Source: Longimicrobiales bacterium | GTDB taxonomy: Bacteria; Gemmatimonadota; Gemmatimonadetes; Longimicrobiales; Gaopeijiaceae | Direction of reading: 5' to 3' | Assembly (NCBI GenBank): GCA_965198065.1 | Contig: CBDAON010000004.1 | Coordinates: forward strand, 2,592,001 to 2,656,000 | DNA length: 64,000 nt | Part shown: piece by piece, positions 39,591 through 49,089 of the stretch | Numbering within the stretch: position 1 is the first letter of the stretch | Layout: each line of letters begins with the position of its first letter | Position numbers and translations under genes: made by a program | Notes under the pieces: generated by a model | Databases searched by the model: none | Told to the model about the DNA's origin: nothing | The model's input: the letters and a program-made list of their open reading frames with translations, nothing else

Positions 39591-39633
39591 CCGAATAGGA
39601 ACCGAAATTAGGATAACCCGAAAGTTGCCCGAA
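39591..39633. promoter_or_regulatory. Candidate LexA operators (2x CCGAA-N6-CCGAA) overlapping the divergent lexA/trpC promoters
   Basis: CCGAA at 39591, 39602, 39618 and 39629 (11-bp period within each pair), flanking overlapping TATCCT (minus) and TAGGAT (plus) -10-like hexamers at 39609-39615. Confidence 0.65.
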
Positions 39634-40512
39634 GCACAAGGACCTGGGATCCGGGTCCCGACCCCTGCGCCGCCCGGGGCCGAAGGAAAGCCGGCGGACA
39701 TCCTGGACCGGATCGTCGCCACGAAGCGGCGCGAGATCGAGGAGCTCCTCCCGCGCCTGAGCGAGATCCGATCGCGGGCCGAGCGCGCCGCCCCGGCGAG
39801 GGGTTTCGCTCAGGCGCTCAAGCGGAGCTCCGTCGCCCTGATCGCGGAGGTGAAGCGTCGATCACCGGGCGCCGGAGCGATCCGGCCCGGCCTGGACCCC
39901 GCGGAGCTCGCCCGGGAGTACCAGGCCGCGGGGGCGTCGGCCATCTCTGTCCTGACCGACCGCGAATACTTCCAGGGTTCGCTGGAGGACCTCTCCCGCG
40001 TTCGGGATGCCGTGGAGGTCCCGGTATTGAGGAAGGACTTCGTCTTGAGCGATGCCCAGGTTTGGGAGTCCAGGGGAGCGGGCGCGGATGCCGTCCTCCT
40101 GATCGTTCGGATCCTGGGAGACGACCAGCTCGCCGGGCTTTGCGCTCTGTCCGAGGAACTCGGCATGGCCGCCCTGGTCGAGGTCCACGACGCCTCGGAG
40201 CTTCGCCGCGCGCTGGCCGTGGGCGCGCGGCTTGTCGGGATCAACAACCGTGACCTCGCGACGTTCCGGGCGACCATCGAGACGACGCTCGGCCTCGCTC
40301 ACCAAGTTCCGGACGGGGTGACCCTCGTCTCGGAGAGTGGTATCCGCGACCCGGACGACGTGCGTCGACTGGGCGCCGAGGGCGTCGAGGCCGCTCTCGT
40401 CGGCGAGGCGCTGCTTCGCGCGGGGAGCCCGGCCGACAAGGCGCGTGAGCTTTCCGCGGTCCCGAGGCATGGCGCCGGGAGGCACGGCACCGGAAGGAAG
40501 GGCCTCCGCTGA
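39625..40512 (+). CDS. trpC: Indole-3-glycerol phosphate synthase
   Basis: [40 protein letters not shown]; only upstream start is TTG 39625, which is uncertain. Confidence 0.96.
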   Translation: MPEAQGPGIRVPTPAPPGAEGKPADILDRIVATKRREIEELLPRLSEIRSRAERAAPARGFAQALKRSSVALIAEVKRRSPGAGAIRPGLDPAELAREYQAAGASAISVLTDREYFQGSLEDLSRVRDAVEVPVLRKDFVLSDAQVWESRGAGADAVLLIVRILGDDQLAGLCALSEELGMAALVEVHDASELRRALAVGARLVGINNRDLATFRATIETTLGLAHQVPDGVTLVSESGIRDPDDVRRLGAEGVEAALVGEALLRAGSPADKARELSAVPRHGAGRHGTGRKGLR

Positions 40513-40514
40513 GG

Positions 40515-41162
40515 GTGAAGATCTGCGGGGTGACCCGCCCGGACGACGCTCGGGTCGCGGAGCGGGCCGGCGCTTCTCACGTCGGCGCGGTCCTCGTGCC
40601 CGCGTCTACCCGGGCCGTGACGCCCGAGCGGGCGGCCGCGCTCTACGACGCGATCGGGCTTCCCCTCGTGATCGTAGTTGCCGATCTGAGCGCGGCCGAG
40701 GCCGCGGCTTCCGCGACGGAGGCACGCGCTCGCGTGATCCAGCTCCACGGCGGCGAGCCCCCCGAGCGTCTCAGAGAGCTGCGCGAGCGAGGACCGTGGG
40801 AGCTCTGGAAGGCGGCCCGCGTTCGCGGCGCGGACGACATCGAGCGGGCCGTGGAGCGCTTCGGTGCCGAGGTCGATCTCCTCCTTCTGGACGGTTGGCA
40901 TCCGGACGGCCTGGGGGGCATGGGCCGGCGCTTCCCGTGGGAGGCCCTCGCCGCGGCTCGGGACGCGCTCCGGGAGCAGGTCCCGATCGGGGTTGGTGGA
41001 GGGCTCACCCCCGAGAACGTTGCGGAGGCCGTGGCCAGCCTCCATCCCGCCGTCGTGGACGTGAGCTCGGGGGTCGAGGTCGCGCCCGGTGTGAAGGACC
41101 CGGACCGGATCCGCGCGTTCGTCCGGAACGCAACCCACGCCCAGGCAGAGGCGCGGTCGTGA
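40515..41162 (+). CDS. trpF: Phosphoribosylanthranilate isomerase
   Basis: [38 protein letters not shown]. Confidence 0.96.
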   Translation: MKICGVTRPDDARVAERAGASHVGAVLVPASTRAVTPERAAALYDAIGLPLVIVVADLSAAEAAASATEARARVIQLHGGEPPERLRELRERGPWELWKAARVRGADDIERAVERFGAEVDLLLLDGWHPDGLGGMGRRFPWEALAAARDALREQVPIGVGGGLTPENVAEAVASLHPAVVDVSSGVEVAPGVKDPDRIRAFVRNATHAQAEARS

Positions 41163-42397
41163 GCGCCGGTCTCGACCGGCGGTTCGGTCGCTTCGGCGGC
41201 CGCTACGTGCCCGAGACGCTCATCGCGGCGCTGGACGAGCTCGAGGCCGCGTACACCCAGGCGCTCGCGGATCCCGGGTTCCAGTCCGAGCTCGGCTCCC
41301 TTCTCCGGGACTTCGTCGGCCGCCCGTCGCCGCTCACCCGCGCGCGCCGGCTCGAGGAGGCCGCCGGATGGGGTCCGATCTACCTGAAGCGCGAGGATCT
41401 GAACCACACCGGGGCGCACAAGATCAACAACACGATCGGACAGGCCCTCCTCGCGCGCCAGATGGGGAAGCGTCGGATCATCGCGGAGACCGGAGCGGGC
41501 CAGCACGGGGTGGCCACCGCAACCGCGTGCGTGCTGTTCGACATGGAGTGCGTGGTCTACATGGGAACCGAGGACGTGGAGCGCCAGGCGCTGAACGTCT
41601 TCCGGATGGAGCTCCTCGGTGCAGAGGTCCGGCCGGTGGAATCCGGGACCCGGACCCTGAAGGACGCGACGAACGAGGCGATCCGGGACTGGGTCACTAA
41701 CGTCGGCACGACCCATTACATCATCGGCTCGGTCGTGGGTCCGGCCCCGTTCCCCCGGATCGTCCGGGACTTCCAGTCGGTCATCGGGACGGAGGCGAGG
41801 GCGCAGATCCTCGAGGTCGAAGGCCGCCTCCCGTCCGCCGTGGTCGCGTGCGTGGGCGGAGGCTCGAACGCGATGGGGGCCTTCCACGCTTTCGTGGACG
41901 ATCCTGGGGTCGAGCTCGTCGGGGTGGAGGCGGCGGGAGAGGGGATTGGGTCGGGACGGCACTCGGCCTCCCTTGCGGCGGGCACGCCGGGGATCCTTCA
42001 CGGGTCGTTCTCGTATCTCCTTCAGGATGAGGATGGCCAGGTGGCTCCGGCGCACTCGATCTCCGCGGGTCTGGACTATCCCGGAGTCGGGCCCGAACAT
42101 TCCTTTCTGAAGGAGGCCGGGCGGGCCAGGTACGTGTCCGTGGACGACGTGGCCGCGCTCCAGGCCTTCCATCGTCTTTCAGAGCTGGAAGGCATCATTC
42201 CGGCGCTCGAGACGGCTCACGCCGTTGCCTATCTGCTGCTGGGTGGCGGACGGGAGGAAATCGGGCGTGGGCCGGTTCTGCTTTGTCTGAGCGGTAGGGG
42301 CGACAAGGACGTGACACACGTGGCCAGAGTCGAGGGAAGGGAACTCGCGCGGGACCAGGTGCCGCTGGCCGCACCACACACCTCGGGACAAGCATGA
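41159..42397 (+). CDS. trpB: Tryptophan synthase beta chain
   Basis: [52 protein letters not shown]. Confidence 0.98.
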   Translation: MSAGLDRRFGRFGGRYVPETLIAALDELEAAYTQALADPGFQSELGSLLRDFVGRPSPLTRARRLEEAAGWGPIYLKREDLNHTGAHKINNTIGQALLARQMGKRRIIAETGAGQHGVATATACVLFDMECVVYMGTEDVERQALNVFRMELLGAEVRPVESGTRTLKDATNEAIRDWVTNVGTTHYIIGSVVGPAPFPRIVRDFQSVIGTEARAQILEVEGRLPSAVVACVGGGSNAMGAFHAFVDDPGVELVGVEAAGEGIGSGRHSASLAAGTPGILHGSFSYLLQDEDGQVAPAHSISAGLDYPGVGPEHSFLKEAGRARYVSVDDVAALQAFHRLSELEGIIPALETAHAVAYLLLGGGREEIGRGPVLLCLSGRGDKDVTHVARVEGRELARDQVPLAAPHTSGQA

Positions 42398-44169
42398 CGG
42401 AGATTCCCCGGAAGACCGCCGCCCCGGGGGGGACCGAGACCCTCGACTGGGCGGATCCGACGGACCTCCCCTTGGAGGAAGTCCGCGATGTCTTCCTCAC
42501 GTTGTCCAAGGCACTTCGCGCCTATCAGCTCTACGATCCGAACAACCCCGTCTATAAGCGGTTTGTGCAGAACCTCAGAGAGGCGCTCACCCGCATCTGG
42601 CCGGTTAGGGACCAGCTCCAGATCCTCGTGGAGGAGGAGCGGTTCACGTGGATGGGGGAAGAGGTCTACAAGAACGACAACCGGTCCGAGTCGCTGTCCT
42701 TCCTCTTCTATCGGGACGGCATCCGTGACGTGAGCCTGAAGAAGGGGCTCGAGGAGGAGGAGCTCGAGCCTCTCCTGGACGCGCTCCACCGGGTGAAGAG
42801 CGCCCGCCAGGAAGGGGACGATCTAGTCACCATTCTCTGGGATCTCGACCTGAAGCTCTTCGGCTATACGGCAGCGGACGTTTCGGGCGAGGGCGTCGAA
42901 CTGACGGAAGGGAGGGAGGCCGCGGGGCTTCTCGATGTCGGCGGGGTCCTGAACGCGGAGCTCGGAGAGCTCTCTCCGGTGGCCCAGGAGGAAGGCGAGG
43001 AAGGAGAGGGCGAGCCCTCGTCCGGGAAGCCAGCATCCCCGGCGGGGACCGTCAAGAAGGAGGACTTCAATCCCACCCTCTACGCGCTCGACGAGGACGA
43101 GCTTCGCTATCTGAAGGTTGAGCTCGCGAAGGAGCACGAGCGGGACCTCCGCACGGATGTCCTAAACGCGCTCTTCGACCGCCTCGAGGACAAGGAGGAG
43201 GGCGAGCGACAGGAAGAGATCATCGGCATCCTGAGGACGCTCCTTCCGAACTTCCTCAGCCGGGGGGCCGTGGATTCCGCCGCGAGCGTGATCCGGGAAG
43301 TCCAGGAGCTGCGTGGCAAGAAGACCGTGCTCGCCGAAGGGGCGGAGAGCCTGGCCGAGAGCCTCGTCGACGACCTTTCCTCGAAGGAGGCTGTGGAGGA
43401 GCTGGTCCGCGCGGTCGAGGACGGGAGCGTTCCGCCCGACGCCACCGAGCTGGCCGAGCTGATCCGGTACCTGCGCCCGCTTGCCCTCGCCTCCCTCTTG
43501 AAGGGGACGGAGGAGACTCAGGACGACAAGGTCCGGGAGTTGCTCCGGGAGGCGACGCACGGGATCGCCGAGAAGAGTCGCGACACGGTCATCCGGCTCC
43601 TCACGTCGCCGGATCCCGCGGTTGCGGCTGGCGCCGGCCGGCTCGCCGGCCGGCTCGGCATCACGGAGGCCGGCGGCTCGCTTGCCCGCCTGCTCGAGGA
43701 AGGCACCCCGGAGGTGAAGCGCGCGGTCGTGGAGACCGCGGAATCCATGCCGTCCGCGGCGATCTCGGGCGCGCTCCAGCGTCTTCTCCGGGGAGAGGAT
43801 CGCGAGCTTCGTGTCGCCGCCGCGCGGGTGCTCGGAAAGACCAAGTACGGGCCGGCTGCCGCGGAACTCAAGGCCATCCTGGAGAGCAAGGACTTCCGCC
43901 TGGTGGACGTCACCGAGAAGGTCGCGTTCTTCGAGGCCTACGGAATGCTGGCCGGAGAAGGTGCCGTCGCGTTCCTCGACAAGGTGCTGAACTCGAAGGG
44001 GTTCCTGGGCCGCCGGGAGCCCCCCGAGGTGAGGGCGGGCGCCGCGCTCGGGCTCGGGAAGGTCGGCACGGCGGCGGCGCGGCGGGCACTCGAGAAGGCG
44101 AGGAACGACGACCCCGTGGTGAAGAGCGCGGTGGGCCGGGCGCTCAAGGGGGAGTCCGGTGCCGATTGA
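42394..44169 (+). CDS. HEAT-repeat protein
   Basis: C-terminal HEAT/PBS-like repeats ([22 protein letters not shown]), acidic middle region; ATGA overlap with trpB. Confidence 0.85.
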   Translation: MTEIPRKTAAPGGTETLDWADPTDLPLEEVRDVFLTLSKALRAYQLYDPNNPVYKRFVQNLREALTRIWPVRDQLQILVEEERFTWMGEEVYKNDNRSESLSFLFYRDGIRDVSLKKGLEEEELEPLLDALHRVKSARQEGDDLVTILWDLDLKLFGYTAADVSGEGVELTEGREAAGLLDVGGVLNAELGELSPVAQEEGEEGEGEPSSGKPASPAGTVKKEDFNPTLYALDEDELRYLKVELAKEHERDLRTDVLNALFDRLEDKEEGERQEEIIGILRTLLPNFLSRGAVDSAASVIREVQELRGKKTVLAEGAESLAESLVDDLSSKEAVEELVRAVEDGSVPPDATELAELIRYLRPLALASLLKGTEETQDDKVRELLREATHGIAEKSRDTVIRLLTSPDPAVAAGAGRLAGRLGITEAGGSLARLLEEGTPEVKRAVVETAESMPSAAISGALQRLLRGEDRELRVAAARVLGKTKYGPAAAELKAILESKDFRLVDVTEKVAFFEAYGMLAGEGAVAFLDKVLNSKGFLGRREPPEVRAGAALGLGKVGTAAARRALEKARNDDPVVKSAVGRALKGESGAD

Positions 44170-45613
44170 ACGGGAGCACGGGCGCCCGTCGGGCGTCCGC
44201 GCGGCGGTCAACCTCCAGGACGAGGGGCGGAAGATCCTCGCCGCTATGTACGGCGCCCTCCGATCGCTCAAGTTCTACCCACTCGAGAACGAGGCCGTCC
44301 AGCAGGCGCTGAGGGGGCTCCACGTCGCCGTGACGGGCTTCCTCGCGAGGGAGGGAGCCCTCCAGATCCGCGTCGTGGGCGACTTTTTCTTCCTGAACGA
44401 CACGCGCCTCCGGCTCGACCTCCGGAACTTCTCCACGTTCGGCTCGTTCGCCCGAAGCCTGGGCGAGCACAAGCTCGGCGAGGTCATCGTGGACGCCGGG
44501 ATCCAGCTCGAGGAATGGGCTCCGTTCCTCTCGCTGATCCTACGGGCTCCCGATGTGGAAGGCCCGTACGAGCGCTTCGTCCAGCGGCTGCAGGGCACCC
44601 CGGTGGCCCGGATCGATGTGAGCCCGGAGCGGGAGGCCCAGCAGCTCGACCTCGAGAGCGACGCGATGGAAGGAGCCCGGCGCACTTATGCGTACTCGGT
44701 GCAGACGGCCCGCGACGTCCTCTCCGACGTACGGATCGGAAAGGCCGTGAACGCCCGGAAGGTGAAGCGTATGGTCCAGGGGATCGTGGATCAGGTGCTC
44801 TCGAACGAGCCCTCTATCATGGCCATGACGACGCTCCGGGACTTCGACGAGTACACGTTCACCCACTCCGTAAACGTCTGCATCTTCTCCGTCGTGGTCG
44901 GGCAGCGGATCGGGCTCGCCAAGGCGGACCTCTACGAGCTCGGCCTGGGGGCCCTCTTCCACGACGTGGGGAAGATGCGGGTCGAGGCCGAGGTGCTGAA
45001 CAAGGAGGGGGAGCTGACCGAGGAAGAGTGGGAAGCCCTGAAGGCACACCCGACCGAGGGGATGCTGGTCCTCTTCCAGCTGCACGGCTTCATGGACGTG
45101 CCGTACCGCCAGATGCTGGTTGCGTACGAGCATCACATGAAGCAGGACCTATCGGGCTATCCGGCCGTCCAGCGCCCACGCGAGATTGGACTGTTCTCCC
45201 GGATCGTGGCCGTCGCGGACGGTTTCGATGCCGGGAGCTCGGTCCGTAGCTACCAGTACAAGCCCTGGCCGCCGGACGCCGTGCTCCGTGAGATGAGGGA
45301 CAACAAAGCGCGGGGGTTCGATCTGGTGCTCGTGAAGGCGCTCATGACCGCGACAGGCGTGTATCCCGTCGGGACCCTCGTGATCCTGGACACGTTCGAG
45401 CTCGCGGTCGTGACCCAGGCCAACCCCGACCCAACGCGCCTCCACCAGCCGGAGGTGAAGCTCCTCGCGGACACCATGGGCGTCCCGCTCGCGGAGCCGG
45501 TCGTCGCCAGCCTCGACGAGCTGGACCCGACCACCGGCGAGCCGAAGCGCACGATCATCAAGACCACCGATCCGGATCGGTACGACATCCGCGTGGCGGA
45601 CTACGTGGCTTGA
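44159..45613 (+). CDS. HD-GYP domain phosphodiesterase
   Basis: YTFTHSVNV, LFHDVGK, HP..G, EHH....SGYP, IVAVADGFDA, C-terminal GVYPVGTLV. Confidence 0.9.
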   Translation: MPIEREHGRPSGVRAAVNLQDEGRKILAAMYGALRSLKFYPLENEAVQQALRGLHVAVTGFLAREGALQIRVVGDFFFLNDTRLRLDLRNFSTFGSFARSLGEHKLGEVIVDAGIQLEEWAPFLSLILRAPDVEGPYERFVQRLQGTPVARIDVSPEREAQQLDLESDAMEGARRTYAYSVQTARDVLSDVRIGKAVNARKVKRMVQGIVDQVLSNEPSIMAMTTLRDFDEYTFTHSVNVCIFSVVVGQRIGLAKADLYELGLGALFHDVGKMRVEAEVLNKEGELTEEEWEALKAHPTEGMLVLFQLHGFMDVPYRQMLVAYEHHMKQDLSGYPAVQRPREIGLFSRIVAVADGFDAGSSVRSYQYKPWPPDAVLREMRDNKARGFDLVLVKALMTATGVYPVGTLVILDTFELAVVTQANPDPTRLHQPEVKLLADTMGVPLAEPVVASLDELDPTTGEPKRTIIKTTDPDRYDIRVADYVA

Positions 45614-46395
45614 GCATCCGAGCGGCCTTCGCCGAGCGAAAGGTGAAGGAACAGGCCGTCCTGATCCCCTACGTGTGCGCGGGGTTCCCCACGCGGGACA
45701 AGAGCCTCGACCTCCTCCACGCCGCGGCCGACGCAGGCGCCGACGTGCTCGAGCTCGGCATCCCCTTCTCCGACCCGCTCGCGGACGGGCCCACGATCCA
45801 AAAGGCGACGTTTCGCGCGCTCCAGGGAGGGATGAGCGTCCGGGGCGCGCTGGACGTGCTCCGTGACTTCCACCAGTCCCGGAGCACGCCGGTCGTTCTC
45901 ATGACGTATCTGAACCCCATCCATCACGCGGGGCTCGAGGCGTTCGTGTCGAGCGCGAGGGAAGCCGGTGCGGACGGCCTCCTGATCACCGACCTCCCGG
46001 CCGGAGCGGATCCGGAGCTGGAGGAGGCGGTCCGGCGTGGTGGGGTGGATCTGATCCGTCTCCTCGCCCCCACGACGGCTCCGGAGCGCATCCCCCAGGT
46101 GGCCCGGGGCGCCTCGGGGTTCCTCTACTACATCTCCAGGACGGGCGTAACCGGCGCGAGGAGCGAGCTGAGAGCCGAGGTGCGGCGCGAGGTCGAGGCG
46201 ATCCGGAGCGTCTCGGAGCTTCCGGTCGCCGTCGGCTTCGGCGTCTCGACCCCCGCGCACGCGGCGCTCCTCGCCAGGGTGGCGGACGGGGTTGTCGTTG
46301 GGAGCGCCCTCCTGGACGTGGTCGGCTCGGAGGGGGTGGCGAAGGGGGGGGCCCTCCTGGCCTCCCTCCGTGCCGCGATGGACGAGGCGGGGTAA
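45610..46395 (+). CDS. trpA: Tryptophan synthase alpha chain
   Basis: LELGIPFSDPLADGPTIQ, MTYLNP, YYISRTGVTG, VGFGVS, DGVVVGSA. Confidence 0.98.
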   Translation: MSIRAAFAERKVKEQAVLIPYVCAGFPTRDKSLDLLHAAADAGADVLELGIPFSDPLADGPTIQKATFRALQGGMSVRGALDVLRDFHQSRSTPVVLMTYLNPIHHAGLEAFVSSAREAGADGLLITDLPAGADPELEEAVRRGGVDLIRLLAPTTAPERIPQVARGASGFLYYISRTGVTGARSELRAEVRREVEAIRSVSELPVAVGFGVSTPAHAALLARVADGVVVGSALLDVVGSEGVAKGGALLASLRAAMDEAG

Positions 46396-46401
46396 GCGCG
46401 A

Positions 46402-48054
46402 CTAACCCCAGGCTTCTTCCTTCCACGCCAGGCGACCCGCGAGCGTGGGGTCGGGCTCGACGAAAATCGTCTGCGACCGCTCGGCCACCACGGATCCGGG
46501 CGCCGACTTCCTCGGCTTCCGAACGTGCTTCCTGCGTGTCCAGGTGACAGCCACGCTTCCCGAGTGACGAGCCTCCGAATAGAGCGCCGCGAGGACCGCG
46601 GCCTCGACGAGATCCCGACCCGACGGGTTGTCCTTCCGATTCCATCGGAGGATCACGTGGGCACCCGGGACCTGCTCCGCGTGAAGCCACACGTCGTCCG
46701 GCGACGAATAGTGGAACGTGAGCTCGTCGTTCCGGCGAGCGCTTCGCCCCACGCGGACCTCGAGTCCTCCGGTGGTACGGTACTGGTGGTAGGGGAGGGA
46801 GCCGGTCGCCGCGCCTTTCCTCGCTCGTCCCGATCGCTTGCCGGGCCCCAGGGCGTCCGCCACGTCTTCCGGACCGATCGTCCCGTCATGGAGCCGGTCG
46901 AGGAGGCCAGCCCAGCGATCGGCCCTGGCTCGGGCGTCCTCGATGCGTGAGGGCAGCGTTCGCAGCGCTTTTTCGACTCGCGCGGCCTCCGCGTAGCGGC
47001 GATCCGCGTTCTGTTCGGGCCGGAGCGTGGGATCGAGTGCGATCTCGCGCGGTGCGCCATCGAGCCCCTCGACGACCACGCGGTCGGCTCCCGGTAGGAT
47101 CTCGGAGAAGCGCGCCAGGATCAGATCTCCGGCCGAACGGAGCGCGCCGGGGTCCCCGGCGGTCTTGAGCTGGCGCTGGAGCCCGGCGGCCTTCGATCTG
47201 AGGCGGCGGATCCTCTCCTCCAGCCGCTCTACGATTGCGGACGGGACGGAGAGGGAGTGGAGGGGAGGGGCGTCGGTGGAGGCGGCCCGGGCCTGGGCGA
47301 ACACCTCGAGAAGGGATGGGAAGGACCGGGCGTCGCCCAGCCCCAGGGAAACGGGATACGGTTGAGGGCCACTGCCGGTCGGGAGGAGGAACGCGCCCCA
47401 CGACCCGGTGGAGGTCAGCTCCAGCCACCGCTCGAACCCGTCGGGACCGCCGAGGAACGCCACGTTCATGGAAGACGTCCAGGCCACGCGGTCGAGGATG
47501 CGCCGCTCCCTCTCCCGCTCGACGCCCTCCCCATGCGGCCCGACGAGCTCGATCCACTCTGCGGCGTCCTGCGGTTGGCGGCGACCGGTGGACGCCGGGG
47601 GCTCGTAGAGCCCACCCACGACGACGACGCGTCGACCCGCGTGGCGAGGCACGAGGACCTGCCGGATCGCCCGACTCTCTCGCTCGACCAGCACGGCGCT
47701 GAAGAGGTTTCTGGACAGCTCGATCACGAGGTCGAGCGCCTCGCCCCGGCGCTTCGTGGGGTCGAGCTCGATCACGAACGCGCTCTCGTCCTCGAGGGGC
47801 CGCACGCGGGCGACCCGGGCGCGGAGCGGGCGTACGCCCGGGAGCGGCTCGGGAAGCGGCCCGGAGGCGGGGAGATCGGTCACCCATCCGTGAAGGGGGT
47901 GGAGCTCGAACGCGATCGTTCGCTCCTCCGAATGGAGGAGGGCTCTCCGGGGCCCGGCGTCGAGCAGCACGCCCCAGACCGGGGCTCCCTCGAGCGCCTC
48001 CGAGAGCTCCCGGGCGAGGGCGGCAGCGAGGAGTGGATCCCAGCGGACCGACAT
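46402..48054 (-). CDS. Rqc2/RqcH (NFACT, FbpA-like) ribosome quality-control protein
   Basis: Coiled coil with GDLILA, IALDP...QNA..Y, NFACT-R domain GRSARRNDELT...WLHA..VPGAHV...AA.LAA.YS...KPRK..PG.V. Confidence 0.9.
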   Translation of the reverse strand: MSVRWDPLLAAALARELSEALEGAPVWGVLLDAGPRRALLHSEERTIAFELHPLHGWVTDLPASGPLPEPLPGVRPLRARVARVRPLEDESAFVIELDPTKRRGEALDLVIELSRNLFSAVLVERESRAIRQVLVPRHAGRRVVVVGGLYEPPASTGRRQPQDAAEWIELVGPHGEGVERERERRILDRVAWTSSMNVAFLGGPDGFERWLELTSTGSWGAFLLPTGSGPQPYPVSLGLGDARSFPSLLEVFAQARAASTDAPPLHSLSVPSAIVERLEERIRRLRSKAAGLQRQLKTAGDPGALRSAGDLILARFSEILPGADRVVVEGLDGAPREIALDPTLRPEQNADRRYAEAARVEKALRTLPSRIEDARARADRWAGLLDRLHDGTIGPEDVADALGPGKRSGRARKGAATGSLPYHQYRTTGGLEVRVGRSARRNDELTFHYSSPDDVWLHAEQVPGAHVILRWNRKDNPSGRDLVEAAVLAALYSEARHSGSVAVTWTRRKHVRKPRKSAPGSVVAERSQTIFVEPDPTLAGRLAWKEEAWG

Positions 48055-48060
48055 CCAGCC

Positions 48061-48066
48061 AAGCTA
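48061..48066 (-). promoter_or_regulatory. Candidate -10 element of a leaderless rqc2 transcript
   Basis: Minus strand TAGCTT-N6-ATG, no SD. Confidence 0.5.
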
Positions 48067-48204
48067 ACCGATCCGGCGCATGCGGGCCGATTCCCGATGC
48101 GGCCTCCGATCCTACCCGATCGCCGGAGCGCCGCGCCTCCCGCCCTTTCGCTCGACCGCGCCATGCGCGCGTGCCCCCGTACTTGTGCAGACCATCCCCG
48201 GGGT

Positions 48205-48233
48205 TTGACACTCCCTGGAGCGGACTCTATCCT
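48205..48233 (+). promoter_or_regulatory. sigma70-type promoter of the panB operon
   Basis: TTGACA-N17-TATCCT, about 50 nt upstream of the panB ATG. Confidence 0.75.
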
Positions 48234-48285
48234 CCGGCGGCTCTATCGAGCCGATCCCCTCCGCCCTTCCTTCTCCCCCCCCGCG

Positions 48286-49089
48286 ATGACCGTACGCGAC
48301 TTCCTGGAGATGAAGCGGCGCGGGGAGCCGATCGCAGTCCTCACCTGTTACGATTTCCTATTCGCGCGTCTCCTCGAGGAAGCGGGCGTGGACATGATCC
48401 TCGTGGGGGATTCCCTCGGGCAGGTCGTGCTCGGGTACGAATCGACCCTGCCGGTGACGCTCGACGAGATGATCCACCACACGAAGGCCGTGAGCCGCGG
48501 CGCGCCCCACACCTTCAGCGTGATGGACCTTCCGTTCCTCAGCTATCAGATCTCCGACGAGGACGCGCTCAGGAGCGCGGGCCGTGCGTTGAAGGAGTCG
48601 GCGGTACAGGCCGTGAAGCTGGAGGGGGGAGATGAGAAGGCGTGCTCCCGCGTGCGGACCCTCGTCCACGCGGGCATCCCGGTCATGGGGCACGTGGGGT
48701 TCGTTCCGCAGTCCGTTCACTCCCTCAGCGGGAACCGGGTACAGGGCCGGGGCGCGGAGGAGGCGGCCCACATTCGCGCCGAGGCGAAGGCCCTCGAGGC
48801 GGCGGGCTGCTTTTCGGTTGTCCTCGAGCTCGTTCCCGGACGGCTGGCGGCGGAGATCACCCAGGATCTGGAGATCCCGACGATCGGCATCGGTGCCGGG
48901 GTCGAGTGTGACGGCCAGGTCCTCGTCCTTCCCGACGCCCTGGGGCTGAACCCTTCGTTCTCCCCCCGCTTTCTCCGGCGCTATGCGGAGCTGGCCAAGG
49001 AGGCGAGCGTCGGAATCGGCGGGTACATCCAGGACGTGAAGATGCGCCGCTATCCTGGCCCGGAGCACACCTTCGGAGAAGGGGCGTGA
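48286..49089 (+). CDS. panB: 3-methyl-2-oxobutanoate hydroxymethyltransferase
   Basis: LTCYD, LVGDSLG, VKLEGG, MGHVG, VLELVP, IGIGAG..CDGQVLV. Confidence 0.97.
   Translation: MTVRDFLEMKRRGEPIAVLTCYDFLFARLLEEAGVDMILVGDSLGQVVLGYESTLPVTLDEMIHHTKAVSRGAPHTFSVMDLPFLSYQISDEDALRSAGRALKESAVQAVKLEGGDEKACSRVRTLVHAGIPVMGHVGFVPQSVHSLSGNRVQGRGAEEAAHIRAEAKALEAAGCFSVVLELVPGRLAAEITQDLEIPTIGIGAGVECDGQVLVLPDALGLNPSFSPRFLRRYAELAKEASVGIGGYIQDVKMRRYPGPEHTFGEGA

Noticed and set aside
48068..48121. Clusters of CCGAT pentamers upstream of rqc2 (also near 9908-9928) resembling the lexA CCGAA repeats
   Set aside because: Spacing is irregular rather than 11 bp, and the pentamer is common at this GC content
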